NCBI GenBank assembly: GCA_047495785.1
Contig: JBLDXI010000025.1
Span: forward strand, 1,860,001-1,924,000
DNA: 64,000 nt
Direction of reading: 5' to 3'
Origin: Lepidodermella squamata
Taxonomy: Eukaryota; Animalia; Gastrotricha
Shown: positions 30,253-41,768 of the stretch, in pieces
How the letters are laid out: every line of letters starts with the position of its first letter
How positions within the stretch are numbered: the first letter of the stretch is position 1
Notes under the pieces: generated by a model
Told to the model about the DNA's origin: nothing
Database searches by the model: none
Seen by the model: only the letters and a program-made list of their open reading frames with translations
Translations under genes and position numbers: made by a program

Positions 30253-32637
30253 TCATAAAATGTTGCAAGTTTTAGCAGGCTCTTTTGCGTTCGTCGTTTT
30301 GGATGTTCCATCGGTTTTCGGCGGCTCTTCAGGCTTTGCCGCCGTCGCCTTAGGATCAGCAGGTTTATCGCCCTCGGGATGTTGCGAAGTTGTAGCAACT
30401 GGTTCTTTCGGTTTATTAGGGTCTTCAACAGGTGGTTTGTTCGGGTCGTTAACTGCTGGCTTTTTATTGCCACAAATAGCCGGCAGAGATATACCCTTTT
30501 TCGCCGGCGCTTTTGCTGGTTCGGGTTGAGCAGGTTTAGGCGGTTCTTCAACGGCCGGTCGCGTTGAATCGGGCGGTAGGTCTAGTTTCGTGACTCCAGG
30601 CGGTGGATTAGCAGCAGAATTATCTGGCGTAGATGGAGCAGGTTCAGGTGACGAAATTATCTCCTGATGAACAGCTGGAATTGGATTAGGATTAGGAGGC
30701 TGGATTGGAGCAATCACAGCAGGTTGAGCAGGTTGCAAAGCCGGCACTTCCGGCGCTTTTGGAGGCGGCTCAGGTGTGCTTACAATCTCATTATGAACAG
30801 CCTGAACTGGAGTAGGAGAAGCAACTAATTGGGGAACAGGAGGAGGAGGAGGACTTGTTGCAGCAACTGGAGCAGGTGGGGGAGTCTGAGGTACTATTTC
30901 AGCATGAACCAGTTGAGGAACAGGCGGCGTTTTTGGGGTCGATTCTAAAACCGGCGGGGCTGAATTCAGCGCGGCCGCCATCGCCATAGTAGTCGTCGTA
31001 CTCGTATTTGGGTCAATCGTGGGTAGAGTAGTAACTCCTGTTAACGATCCATTCATATTCTGAGTCATCGGAACAGTGGAAGCTATCGATGGTTGCCCGG
31101 TTATATTCGGCAAATTCGTCATTGATTTCGAGCCTTGGGTCGTAGTTAAGTTCAAAGTTTGATTCGCTTCATTTTTTCGTTTCCGCCGTTCAACTCGCGC
31201 ACTCGACCCGGTAAATGGCGTGGAAGATGTGCCGAAATTGGTCGAATCCCCGAATGGCTTAGTATTGGCGATTTGTGCGTAGGTTAGTTTATTGGCAAGA
31301 CAAACCGTGTGACAACCGCCACACGCGACTGCAGTAACGCCAAAAACAGCGTCACTACCCGCTGCTTCATCAACTAAATTCGCCAATTTAGGCGTGAAAG
31401 AATTGGCAGAAATATCTATTCCTAGCCGGGAATGTAAAGCATTTCCACAAACAAATAATTTCCCATCTTCGGTCACGAAAGCGCTGTGTGACTCGCCGGC
31501 GGATACGTATTTAACCACTATTTCAGCCTCGGTAAAGGATTTAATCAACGTCGGCTGGTTCACGGATGATGAGATTGAAGTTCCGACTCCTAACTGGCCG
31601 TGGGTTCCAGCACCCATTGCGTAAACGTGGCCCTTATTCGTGACAACGAACGAATGATTTCCTCCGGCGGAAACAAACGTTGCATGCTCATCCGACTTTC
31701 TATCAAGATGAACTTGTCGAGGAGTCGAGATGCAAGTATCAGAAGCATTATCTGGCTCGACGCCAAGTTTTCCTTCCTCTGATTCGCCGAATGCAAATAA
31801 TGCAGGAGGGCTGGTGATCACAAGAGTGTGATAATACCCACATGCGACTGCTGTAAATCCATCATAACCATCGGGCGGGTCGAGCTGGACTGGAATGTCT
31901 GATTCAATTATCTGATCACCAAGGCCCAATTGACCCTCAGGGCCAGTTCCCCATATGAGCAATCTAAGATCTGACAATACAGCAGCAGAATGAGAGCGCC
32001 CACCGCTCAGCATAACAACATCCTCCGTCTGGTCGTCCAATACAACTTTCGGGGAGGCACACAGCTCGCCCCCATTGCGCCCGATACCAAGTTGCAAATC
32101 GGAATTAATTCCAAAGGCAAGAATTCGCCTTTTGCCATCGCTCGTTTGAGAAGCCAGTAATGTATGCTGGGCGCCACATCCCACACGATATACGCGTTCC
32201 GTTTTCAATGATTTGATACACGTTGGCCGCGAAACGGTAGTCGTCAGAGGTAGATCGAGTCCCAACTGCCCCATATTATTACGACCGATAACAAAGACGC
32301 GTCCAGTATTTGAAATAAAAGCGCTATGCTCGTCTCCACAAGATACTTGCGTAATAAAATCTTCTCGGAGGAAAAACTTCAAGGGAGTGACAGCATTTGT
32401 GATTGTAAACAGAGCATTACTCTCGAGGGACTTGGCGTCGACTGACTGTTGATTGTGAAGTTTGCCAAAAGCAAAAACAATGCCGTTATCGGACATGATC
32501 TTGGATGCTTCCAAACTGTTTGCCGACGCGCGTAGAGATTTTCTTTCTGGACTGCCACTCACAGTAATTATCGGTGCTCTTTTGAAAGGCTCAGAAAGAG
32601 ACGTATGGAATGGAGAAGAGTTCTCATTTACTGACAT
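30253..32637 (-). CDS. RPGR: RPGR-like RCC1-repeat ciliary protein, intronless CDS, C-terminal CaaX (CNIL)
   Basis: RCC1 repeats (SCGDEHSA, GQLGL, PTCIKSLK, ACGYYHT, GKLG, ACGGCHT), basic ARVERRKRK motif, Pro-rich tail and CNIL, resembling the RPGR constitutive isoform that ends CTIL. Confidence 0.85.
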   Translation of the reverse strand: MSVNENSSPFHTSLSEPFKRAPIITVSGSPERKSLRASANSLEASKIMSDNGIVFAFGKLHNQQSVDAKSLESNALFTITNAVTPLKFFLREDFITQVSCGDEHSAFISNTGRVFVIGRNNMGQLGLDLPLTTTVSRPTCIKSLKTERVYRVGCGAQHTLLASQTSDGKRRILAFGINSDLQLGIGRNGGELCASPKVVLDDQTEDVVMLSGGRSHSAAVLSDLRLLIWGTGPEGQLGLGDQIIESDIPVQLDPPDGYDGFTAVACGYYHTLVITSPPALFAFGESEEGKLGVEPDNASDTCISTPRQVHLDRKSDEHATFVSAGGNHSFVVTNKGHVYAMGAGTHGQLGVGTSISSSVNQPTLIKSFTEAEIVVKYVSAGESHSAFVTEDGKLFVCGNALHSRLGIDISANSFTPKLANLVDEAAGSDAVFGVTAVACGGCHTVCLANKLTYAQIANTKPFGDSTNFGTSSTPFTGSSARVERRKRKNEANQTLNLTTTQGSKSMTNLPNITGQPSIASTVPMTQNMNGSLTGVTTLPTIDPNTSTTTTMAMAAALNSAPPVLESTPKTPPVPQLVHAEIVPQTPPPAPVAATSPPPPPVPQLVASPTPVQAVHNEIVSTPEPPPKAPEVPALQPAQPAVIAPIQPPNPNPIPAVHQEIISSPEPAPSTPDNSAANPPPGVTKLDLPPDSTRPAVEEPPKPAQPEPAKAPAKKGISLPAICGNKKPAVNDPNKPPVEDPNKPKEPVATTSQHPEGDKPADPKATAAKPEEPPKTDGTSKTTNAKEPAKTCNIL

Positions 32638-33258
32638 TTAAACAAGGACGTAATAAACAAGCAGCTCACTAGAAATGATAACGTCAATAATCAATAAATG
32701 CATCGTGATCACCTTCATGCTTAAGAATCCAAGCACAAAAATCTCAAATCATCGAAAGTGATACCGATAACCAATAAATCAATCGATCTCCTTCGGAAAT
32801 GTTCAGATCATTCGTCTTTGAATGCATGAAATAAAAAACAAACATCTGACGAAGTAGTCTACATGTCAAATGCTACAAGTTTAAGGCAATCAGTATCCAA
32901 GACATGTGTGGGAAAATGTGAAAGTTCAGATGTAAATACCGTCGCCAACACGACGTTTACTCAGCCGGAACCGGTACAAGATGCGCTAAAAAAACCTTGA
33001 AAAACTAAAAAACTAAAAAATTGCGCAAAAAATCTTAGGCAAAATTTTAGTTGATTTATTAAAGCAACTTTTTTATGAATATCAAAAAACATCTTTTATT
33101 CATTTAAATGTGAACATTATTTTTAAATTTACATACCGCGAAAACATCGGAACCTAACACACCTCGCAAAAACGCCTGCCAAAAGCAGATTGCTCAGCTG
33201 TTGTTGGTGTTAAACTGTTTTCAGGCTTCTTGTTATTTGCTTCCTGAGATTTTTCCGA

Positions 33259-34749
33259 ATGTCCGATAGCTCGGTTCGCAAACAAGCTATCATTCCCGAA
33301 TGGCTGAAATCAGCTCCCATCACTTTTCCCATAGAAAATGCGGAGGAGCGGGTTTTCACGCTTGATAGTCCGGATGACTTTTATCAAATGCTGCTAAAAG
33401 AGATAGGTTTGTTTTCTCTCACTCTGATTCTAGCTTTTATTTGTATTCTCTCCCAGAGCAATCTAATGAACGAATTTACTGGAGCAGTCTATATTTTGGC
33501 AATGGGGCATTGGAGAAGAAGCTTGTTGATAAACTTATTACACGAATGTCCTTGAAAGAAAATGTGTGTTTCAATGGAATTTTCGACTATTGCAGAGGTT
33601 TGAGGGGCCATCCATCATCTACAGTCGGCATGTTTACTCCGCTGATTAACGCTTATCCAGACCGAGCGACCTTGAACCTGTTCAAATCACCCTTCTTCCG
33701 CGGGTTACGTAAATTGATTCCTCAAAAGTACAACGAAATATTTTCAGTTCATCATATGAAGCTATATGTGTTTGACTCGACTGTGATACTGAGCGGTGCG
33801 AATCTGAGCGATAATTACTTCACAAATCGTCAGGATCGATATGTTGTCTTCAAAAACTGCCCTGCTATCGCTCAATTTTGTTGTGATTTGATCCAAGCTC
33901 TCGGCTCGCTTTCATTCACTGTTAAACCTGATGGCACGTTGAGGCCGTCCAATCCAAAGCTCGTTGACCCTGCTGATTCTGAGGCGCTTAGCAATTGTGG
34001 CAGCGAAGTATTGCAATCTTTTATAAAGCGCTGGACAGCCACAGCCAATTCCAAAGTTGGCGATACCTTGGTGTTCCCATTTCTTCAGTCAGCAGCGCTT
34101 GCTATCCGCGATGAAGAGCGCGTTACTGAAGATATGATGAAACATATGAAACCTTCCGACTCTCTATTCATCTCGACCTCATACTTCAACCTTACTGATA
34201 GCTACCAAAGCATATTGCTGGACAACTGTCCTGCTAAATCGATAAAAATATGTGTTTCATCGCCTCGGTCTAATGGCTTTTTCGGCGGAACTGGTCCATC
34301 GCAATTCGTTCCTCACGGCTACATTCATTTTTCTCGCAAATTCTACGAGCAGATGGAAAAATCTAATCAAACAGATCGTATTAAACTGTACGAATACGAA
34401 CGTGATAAGTGGACATTTCATTCAAAGGGAATGTGGCTATTCGAAAATGGCAATGACCTACCGTTTGCTTCCTTTATCGGATCTACCAACTACTCATACA
34501 GGTATTTACTTGATTAAATGAGATCAATTTTATATCAATTTCTACCAATTTAGGAGTGTCAATCGGGATCAAGAAGCGCAATTTGTTATGGTTACCGCGA
34601 ATAAAGAGGTGCAAAAACGATTAAAAAATGAAGTCGACTTGCTAACAAAGAGATGTTTGCCTCTTAATAGAGCAGTCTTCTTGCGACCTGACCATGCTGT
34701 TGCTCGATGGGTGCCATTAGCCGCTAAGATTGCTCGATACTTCTTCTAG
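33259..34749 (+). CDS. PGS1: Phosphatidylglycerophosphate synthase PGS1, PLD superfamily (exons 33259-33406, 33457-34501, 34554-34749)
   Basis: HMKLYVFD..ILSGANLSDNYFTNRQDRY, WTFHSKGMW, IGSTNY.YRS..RD.EAQ and C-terminal FF; introns of 50 and 52 nt. Confidence 0.93.
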
Positions 34750-34825
34750 CAAATTTTATGTGCAAAAAATTTTAACGTTACGAAATTCGTCATTTTTATA
34801 GGAGTTTTTAACGCTAATTCTTGTC

Positions 34826-37800
34826 ATGGATCCGCTGGTATCAGCGATAGAAAATTTGCAGAAGATGGCAAACTTCAAATTGGCCGACGATCCTCAATGT
34901 CTCGAAGCGTCGATTCGGAAGTTGACCTTGATTCGAACAGCTCTGACGACTCGATTTAGCTCTGCATTAACACGCGAGCAACGACTTCAATTAAATGCCG
35001 ATTTAAATTCTATGATTGTAGCTGTAAATAAAAACCTCCAGACGCCTTATAAATGCATTCTGGAGGCTGTTAACTCAATCAAAGCCGCACTGGTTGAAGC
35101 GAAAGACCAGCAAAAAGCTTCATCTAGTTCTACATCGAATAGCTCTGCTGCTGTGAAACCAAGTTCTAGTCATCACTCAACGAAGCTCGTGCCGATGAAA
35201 ATTTTATCACCAAAATTGGTGCCACTCCCGCCGTCTCGAATCGTTCATCTGACCATGCCGCCCTTACCGTCGGTTGATGAGTCAAGCAACCAAACAGCCT
35301 CAGATATCGCCCCTCCTGCGAAGAAACGGATTCGAACGTCTTTGGTGATAAGATCTGATTCCAGCAGTAATTCAACCCCAACTCCAGTTTCATCTGTCGA
35401 TGGGGATGGTAGTACCGCTCTTGCGATTGAGCCAGATTCTGACGCTGAGGTCGAAATCGTTGGTTCGGCTGATTTGGACGCACCCGGCCCGAGCAAAGTA
35501 GTGCCGTTGTCGGCGAAAAATGTCCGCGATGACGAATCTGCTGGGTCTTCCTCAAATTCGCTGGCGGAAGGCGGGCGAAGTAAAAGGACCTGTGTGGCGA
35601 AAAAATCCAGTGAAGATGCGCTAAAAACGGCTGCATTCAAAAATGCGAAGAAAAAAGCGCTGGATAAAAAACAAATCGAGAAAATTGAAAAGTTCCTCCA
35701 GGTAAGGACATTTGAGCTCTAATTGCTAAACATCGAAAATCTGGAAATATTGCTCGAAATACGTTGTTTGAAATTTGCTAATTTGTTTGCACTTCTCCTC
35801 GGAACTTGCGTTCGATCACCTATACATTTTGCTGAAGTTGAATTCCTCCGAAATATATAGTGTAACGAAAGCCTCGATCTCAATTTGCGTTTTTTCTGAG
35901 GGCTTCAGAAATCAAGAATGAGTTGAAAGGTGTGAGCGAAAGTAAATTAGGTAGTTACTCGCATATACTGAAAATGTTTTTCACATTTTGGAAAATTGAA
36001 CGTGGAATTTATTTACCGTAAATGTTGAAAAACTAGCCCGGGCTTCTAGATTTTCAATGTGCAAAAAGGGTGAAAAACTGGGCTTCTATTCAAGATGGGC
36101 GAATAGAAAAAAGTAAAGGGCAACCGTTCTAATTTTAATCATCATTTAGGACATTTTCCGCCCCATTTTCGTTTTCATTTTCGTTTCTCTGAGATGAAGC
36201 TGTAAAACCACTTGCTTTGGCGAAAAATGAGTCAAATGAGTCACTTTGTTATTGCCGTACTAATTTACGTAATAGCCCGGGCTACTAGTCGAGATTGGCT
36301 TCTAGGTCAATGTATCGTTGCTTGGGTGAGCTTTTATTTGAGATGGGCTACAATTCGCGAATGGGCTGATTCGCAAATTTACGGTAGATTTTTTTTCTAG
36401 TAGATTTACATTTTTTTAGGCCGTGTGAAAATCTTGGGAAATTTTTTACTGCTCCGGCTCCTATGGTAAAGTATAATAATAATAATAATAATAATAATAA
36501 TTTTATTTCGTAAATTTCACATTTACCGGATTAGAAGGGCACGCAGGCCTCTAGCACTAACCCAATTAATAAGCGGCATTGGGAGCAGCATTCACAATAA
36601 GATTACCTTTACAATATTGTTGTAAGTTCACGCGAAAAATATTATTTTTGAAGATTTCATTTTTAACATTTACGGGCAGACTATCATCAAAATTGAAGAC
36701 ATGTTCTGGTAACCTGTTCCACCTTTTAAGATTGACCTTTAAGAGCTCTCAGAAGCAGGTTAGCCCTTTGATAGGCCTTTGCAATACAAGATTTGATATG
36801 TGCCTTGAAATTCAATTTTTGATCAACAAGTAAACCTAGATCTTTGTAATTGTAACAGCGTTTCAATATAGTTTCACCGATTGAGTATGAGTGGATGGGA
36901 TTTTTCGAACCAAGGTAGAGAACGGCACATTTTTCAGGAGACACATTTATCGACAATGTCGGCAGCGTTAACGGCTTTGACAATGATTTTAACGGGCCTT
37001 GGTCCTAGCGTCATTCGCCGGGCGGCCAGGTCCCCTTCTGACTACTCGAAAAGCATTGAAGTCCACGCTAGCAAGATCGGGAATTTGTTCCTGTATGAAC
37101 TAGAAGTGTTTGTTCATAAAGGGTACTTCGTACTTCATACAGTGATTTTTTCGTCACTCCAAGCTTCTGTTAATCTTGTTGTTGTTGCCTTCTGCAAAAT
37201 TCCTTCCGATAAACACACCATCTCTCCTCGGTTACAACTTTAAACCAATACGAATCGATGTAATCGAAAAATGTCTTCAAATTTTCGGACTGGTCGATAA
37301 GGGCTTGGGCGCCAAACCAGATTAAGTCAAACGCGGGTCTCATGCGATCCATAGGCAGCAGAGGAATGGCCATTATACGGCGAACGATACGATCCACCAG
37401 AAGATAACCGTTCCATAGACCGTTCTCATGTACCCATTTCAAAACGGCTTGGCAGTAGTGAAAATGACACCCTGCAATGTCGCAGAGGAAAACTAGAGCC
37501 AAGGCAGTCATCATTCCAAGTTCATAGTCGCAAGTTGTTGGCGGTTTCGTGATTGATGGAACTAGATTGGGCATCTCGCCTTTGACGTACAATTCTTGAG
37601 ACTTGTTCGTCACGAGGACGTAGCGCGCTGGAACCGCAAATTTGTCCCTCAACAGAGTCAAGAATACGAGTAGTTGATAAAAGATAATTGGCACGCATTT
37701 GAAGGTGCCATCCACGAACGAAGATGTAGACGCCGGTGTGACATTTCCTGCTATACAGCGACTTATTAGCTACAAATTTTACTCATGGGCCGGCTTTTTA

Positions 37801-39568
37801 TCTGGATACATCTTTGTCTTGTGAATCTTCAAGCCGCGCTCAGTGGGGCAATCCTTACCGCATACGTCGCATACGATAAGCAAAGACAGTAAATGCCGTA
37901 AGATTGAGAAAAGCATGGTAGCGAGTTAAGTAGCAATTACGAGCTATTAAGCTGGATTATGGTTCTTGAGCCGCTTTATAGCTCGTTTAACACGCGTTTC
38001 ATTGACATCTCCCGCTTTTTCGGTATGAAATTATCACGATTTCAATAATCCTTGAAATAATCACGATTTCCAGTGATATTTACGAAAAATCATTGTCCAG
38101 ATTGACACTGTATGAAATAGTCACGATTTAATGTAAGAATGTATGAAATTATCACTGTTTGAAATACCCTGTATGAAGTAACACCGATTCCTTCTATGAT
38201 CAATTTAAAAAGTAATTTTTCAAGGGGTCCAAATATTTGAACCACTAAAAATGAGGTTCCAGCACTAATTGAGTCGTTTGTTGATCGATACTGATACCCT
38301 CCCTGAACCTAAGATTTTTTATTTTAGCTGCATGGTGCTCTAAGCTACGTTGGAAAAGTATCAAGACGGCTGATATCGGGAAATCACTGATTTGTAAAAT
38401 CGATCCTTGGAATCGATATCGGCTCAAAAAGATGAAGTATCATTCGTGAACTGACCGCTCATAGCGCGAAGGTACGCATGATATGAAGGTCTATCGGTTA
38501 GGCATAATAACACAAAAATTGAGGTTCTAGTGAAGACTAGAAACTCGAAAACCCATATTCAGGGGAAATCTAGTGCTGGAACCCTAAATTCCTATATCGC
38601 AACATCAATTCATCTTTCAAATTATAGTTGGTAGGTTTTGCTATTTCTTCTTGATTTTGAAAAATTTCAAATCGACAAAATTATTGTTAATAAATTTTTT
38701 TGTATGATTTCAGAAGCTGGCTAATAAAATCAAGGACCTACAAGGCGAAGAGCTTTCCCTCGAAGATCTCGACAGCAAAGACTCAGCGTATTGCCTAGTC
38801 GACAAATTGCAGCGAAAATTCATGCAAACCATGAAAACGCTCGCGAGAAAACACGGCCACAAAGAAGTTCTACTCGGCCGGCCGACGGACAAAGTACTCA
38901 AATACGACCTGTGCCAGCACGCGGAGGTGAATGATGAAATCAACCGATTGCTACGAAAACGCTCCTTCCCAGACATGGCCGACATTGTCGAGTGCGTGAA
39001 ACGCGCCGATGAAGCGCACGACTTGAAGCTGGACCGGTTTTCGATCGAACTAATTGCGAAAACAGCATTCACACGCATTGGTGAGCATATCAAGAAATTG
39101 CGCCGGCGCGATTTCATTCAAAATTTCGGCTCGCCCTACACGGATCAGGCGCATATCGGCAACGACCCGGCGCATTTAGACCCGGAGCTGAGCGAAAAAT
39201 TGAAGCGGCAAAAGGAGTTGGGCGATCAACGACTCCAGGAGGTTATCGATCGTTACGCGGTGCGGCAGGACGAAATACCCGAGGCTGAGCTTCAGGCTGA
39301 ACAGGAGCAAAATGATGACGACGAAATTGACGAGGAAATGAGTGAGGACGAGGACGAGGACGAAGGGGTTGATGATGATGGAAGCAATGATCTTGAAAGT
39401 CCGATTTCGGTTGAATTCGCCGAGGAAGCTCCGCCCATCCCTCGAAATGCGCCTATTGATCTGGTCGAAGAGCCGACGCCTGTCCCGGCCACGTCTGAGC
39501 TCAGTGATGACGATGTACCTCTTGTTATTTCTGAAAGCGAGACTTTGATCATACCTGAACTGCAATAA
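34826..39568 (+). CDS. DAXX: DAXX H3.3 histone chaperone (exons 34826-35701, 38714-39568)
   Basis: Histone-binding domain ELSLEDLDSKDSAY, FPDMADI, AF..IG....RR.DFIQNFG, DPA..DPEL..KL, RLQEVI..YA..Q; acidic tract; SIM-like VPLVISESE tail; phase-0 intron. Confidence 0.9.
36016..36384. mobile_element. Tc2/pogo-like MITE remnant in the DAXX intron
   Basis: TA|CCGTAAAT ... ATTTACGG|TA termini with TA flanks and internal repeated gggct(t/a)cta motifs. Confidence 0.55.
36472..36960 (-). mobile_element. 5'-truncated, internally deleted CR1/L2-like LINE 3' end
   Basis: RT C-terminal fragment (EKCAVLYLG..N...YKDLGLLVDQKLNFKAHI...KAYQR..LL.R) joined directly to the WNRLP terminal motif, then AATAAA and an (ATT)n tail at 36472-36500. 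Confidence 0.8.
36961..37730 (-). mobile_element. Mutator (MULE) transposase pseudogene fragment
   Basis: FVDGTFK.VP..FYQL, Y.L.TNKSQELY, DYELG, GCHFHYCQAV, FFDYIDSYW motifs; frameshifts and stops downstream. Confidence 0.85.
38025..38185. repeat. Degenerate tandem repeat with core tgaaat.atcacgattt
   Basis: About 6 imperfect copies visible. Confidence 0.6.
38255..38585. mobile_element. Dispersed MITE-like repeat family; other copies at ~53130-53305, ~56120-56180 (inverted) and ~61625-61790
   Basis: Shared core ggaaa..cactgattt..(gtaaaat)cgatacttggaatcgat(at)cggct, and gaaatctagtgctgga in two copies; inverted tccagcacta/tagtgctgga near the ends of this copy. Confidence 0.7.
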
Positions 39569-40564
39569 ATTTTCCTTAGAAATTGACAAGTGAAAAGTGG
39601 GATTTGGCGATTTTTCATATCGCGACAGCTGAAATACTATAGAATAGGTATTCTTAGCTTTTAGAATGCCCTAATCCGATTTTAAATTTTGAATTTAAAA
39701 TTTCTAGCGATGCATCCACCTTAAGATGATGTTTCAATGTGGGTACTCCTGAATTAATTTTCAAGTGAGACTCCTGATTTCAGAATCGAACGAGTGTGTG
39801 AAAATAGCAATAAATTATAGGTTAAAGCAAATTATTATCTAGTGCAAAAAATAAACAAAATTTACTAGCCCGAACATTTCCAAATATTTTATTTAAATTT
39901 TTTCGCCCAATTTCTAAGCTATTATTAACATCGCTTCTTGATCTTTGAATTGGATTTCAAGGTGTTGAAATTATCGCCCAAACCCCACTTTTTACTTGTC
40001 AACGGTCAATTGAAAATCTGACGACAAAATTTTATATCGGTGAAGAAATCTTGCCATCCTTTGCTACGTAGACCGTGAACAATATGATGAGCATTTTCAA
40101 CAATCTTTCGTCACATTATCGCTCAAATATTATTTTATAACCCGGTATATATAATTATATGTAATTGAAACCGTTGAATATATTATAGGTATAATAACTA
40201 CTTGATGAGATATAAAAAGATCGAAAAATGTGTAAAAATTTCTTGATTTCCATTTTTTCGCTTTAACACCTTGTTGACGTCTCTCGACGCGAGTTAAACT
40301 GCTGATTTTTTAGTAACAATCCACTTCTCACGTCCGTGTTTTCGTTTCTGTTTGATGTTGACAAAAAACTCACTCGATTTGAAAATAAAATTTGACGGAA
40401 CCTCATTATAATTCTAATTATGTTTTTTCAATTTTTATTACAGGTCGAGAGAAAATAATGAGTCGATTGTTGAGCTCGATGAAAAAATGATGAAAAATTG
40501 AAAAAGCTCAAAAATAGGTTTATCAGGTGAAAAAGATAATGAGAAATTGTAAAATATCGTGAAT

Positions 40565-40881
40565 TCAGGCCCTTCGAAGCATTTGTTGCGAGTATCGGCA
40601 GTAGAGATGCCAGGCGTGCTGCCGCATGCAATTGTTGTAGCTGCTGTTCTTTTCGGCCTCTTTTCGCAGATTCGAGGCCATTCGACGCATAGCAGCCGTA
40701 TCCTGGCGTAGAAATACGCTTGAGAGGACTTCTGATAAAATTCGGAAAAAATCGATTATTCCCTGTTTCAACTCGAAAGGTAACCTGGTGTAATCCTGTT
40801 GTCAGCCGCGAAAACGCTATTTGAATAGCCCATGAAAACGAATGCCAGCAGAATTGTTAAAACGTAAATGTAGTGATTCAT
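40565..40881 (-). CDS. Unrecognised small secreted peptide precursor A, 87 aa, one Cys pair (exons 40881-40785, 40731-40565)
   Basis: Signal peptide MNHYIYVLTILLAFVFMGYSNSVFA and a 53-nt phase-1 intron, then EVLSSVFLRQDTAAMRRMASNLRKEAEKNSSYNNCMRQHAWHLYCRYSQQMLRRA; paralogous to 50736-51941. Confidence 0.8.
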
Positions 40882-41729
40882 TTTTTTAACTGTTTAAAAA
40901 TGGGAAAGTAAACAATAAATAAGGTAGCCACGTTATTTAAAGGCTAAACATCCTCCTACTACCACACGTGCGTTTCGCTCATAGTCACACAGTTTTGGCA
41001 GATTTCCATGAAATTTTAACAAAAAAATGCGCACTAGTTACGACCTCACAACAACACGGCCTTTGCTGATATCTTCATTTTCGGTTAATTACGACGTGAA
41101 TTTGTCAGGCAAGCTCCCACTGTTCGCGGTTATTTGCCCTGATTTCCATGCTCATTAATTTCAAACTTTATGCGTGATTGACGATAATTGCGAGAAATCT
41201 TGGGGCAATCTTAAATTATCTTGAGGCATTTTTCGAGAAGAACTCGGTGCAAAAATTGCCTGGCGTTGTTGATGAGTATAGGGAGTAGGGTGACTGACTG
41301 CATGTAATATACAGGTGCGCAAATATTATTACTTGAAATTATAGCCGCTGTTTGCGCATCGACGCAATAAAGTTAAGGAGGGGCGGACGGGAGAGGCGCG
41401 CGCGCCCGGTTTCGTGTATCTCGCCCTACTCGCACACAGGGAGGATGAGCGCACTTGACTCGGCACGCGCGCATAGTGTTTGCGCCATCCACTCGAACGG
41501 CGCCTATGCTACCGTGTTGATTTACCGATTTAACGCGCCCGTCTCGTCACCCTTCGGTATACACAGAAGTAAGAAGAAGTAAGGAATACCCGGCCGGGCG
41601 GGCAGGCGGGCGATGACGACAACAACAGGCGTGAAGAGTGATAGGTAATATAAGTAGTAAGTGGTAATAATAGGCGCTAAAAACTTGTTATTTGTTTGAT
41701 CAGATGACAAGTGCGGCGCGTGGCCAGCG

Positions 41730-41768
41730 TATAAAAACCCGGCCGCAACTCGGTTTCGACAAGCAGTT
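41730..41768 (+). promoter_or_regulatory. TATA box plus Inr-like element with no downstream ORF
   Basis: TATAAAAA at 41730-41737 within a GC-rich island; GCAGTT about 30-35 nt downstream. Confidence 0.45.

Noticed and set aside
32890-32955. RFX X-box upstream of ciliary gene RPGR
   Set aside because: Only half-site matches (e.g. GTCGCCAACACGAC); too weak to call.
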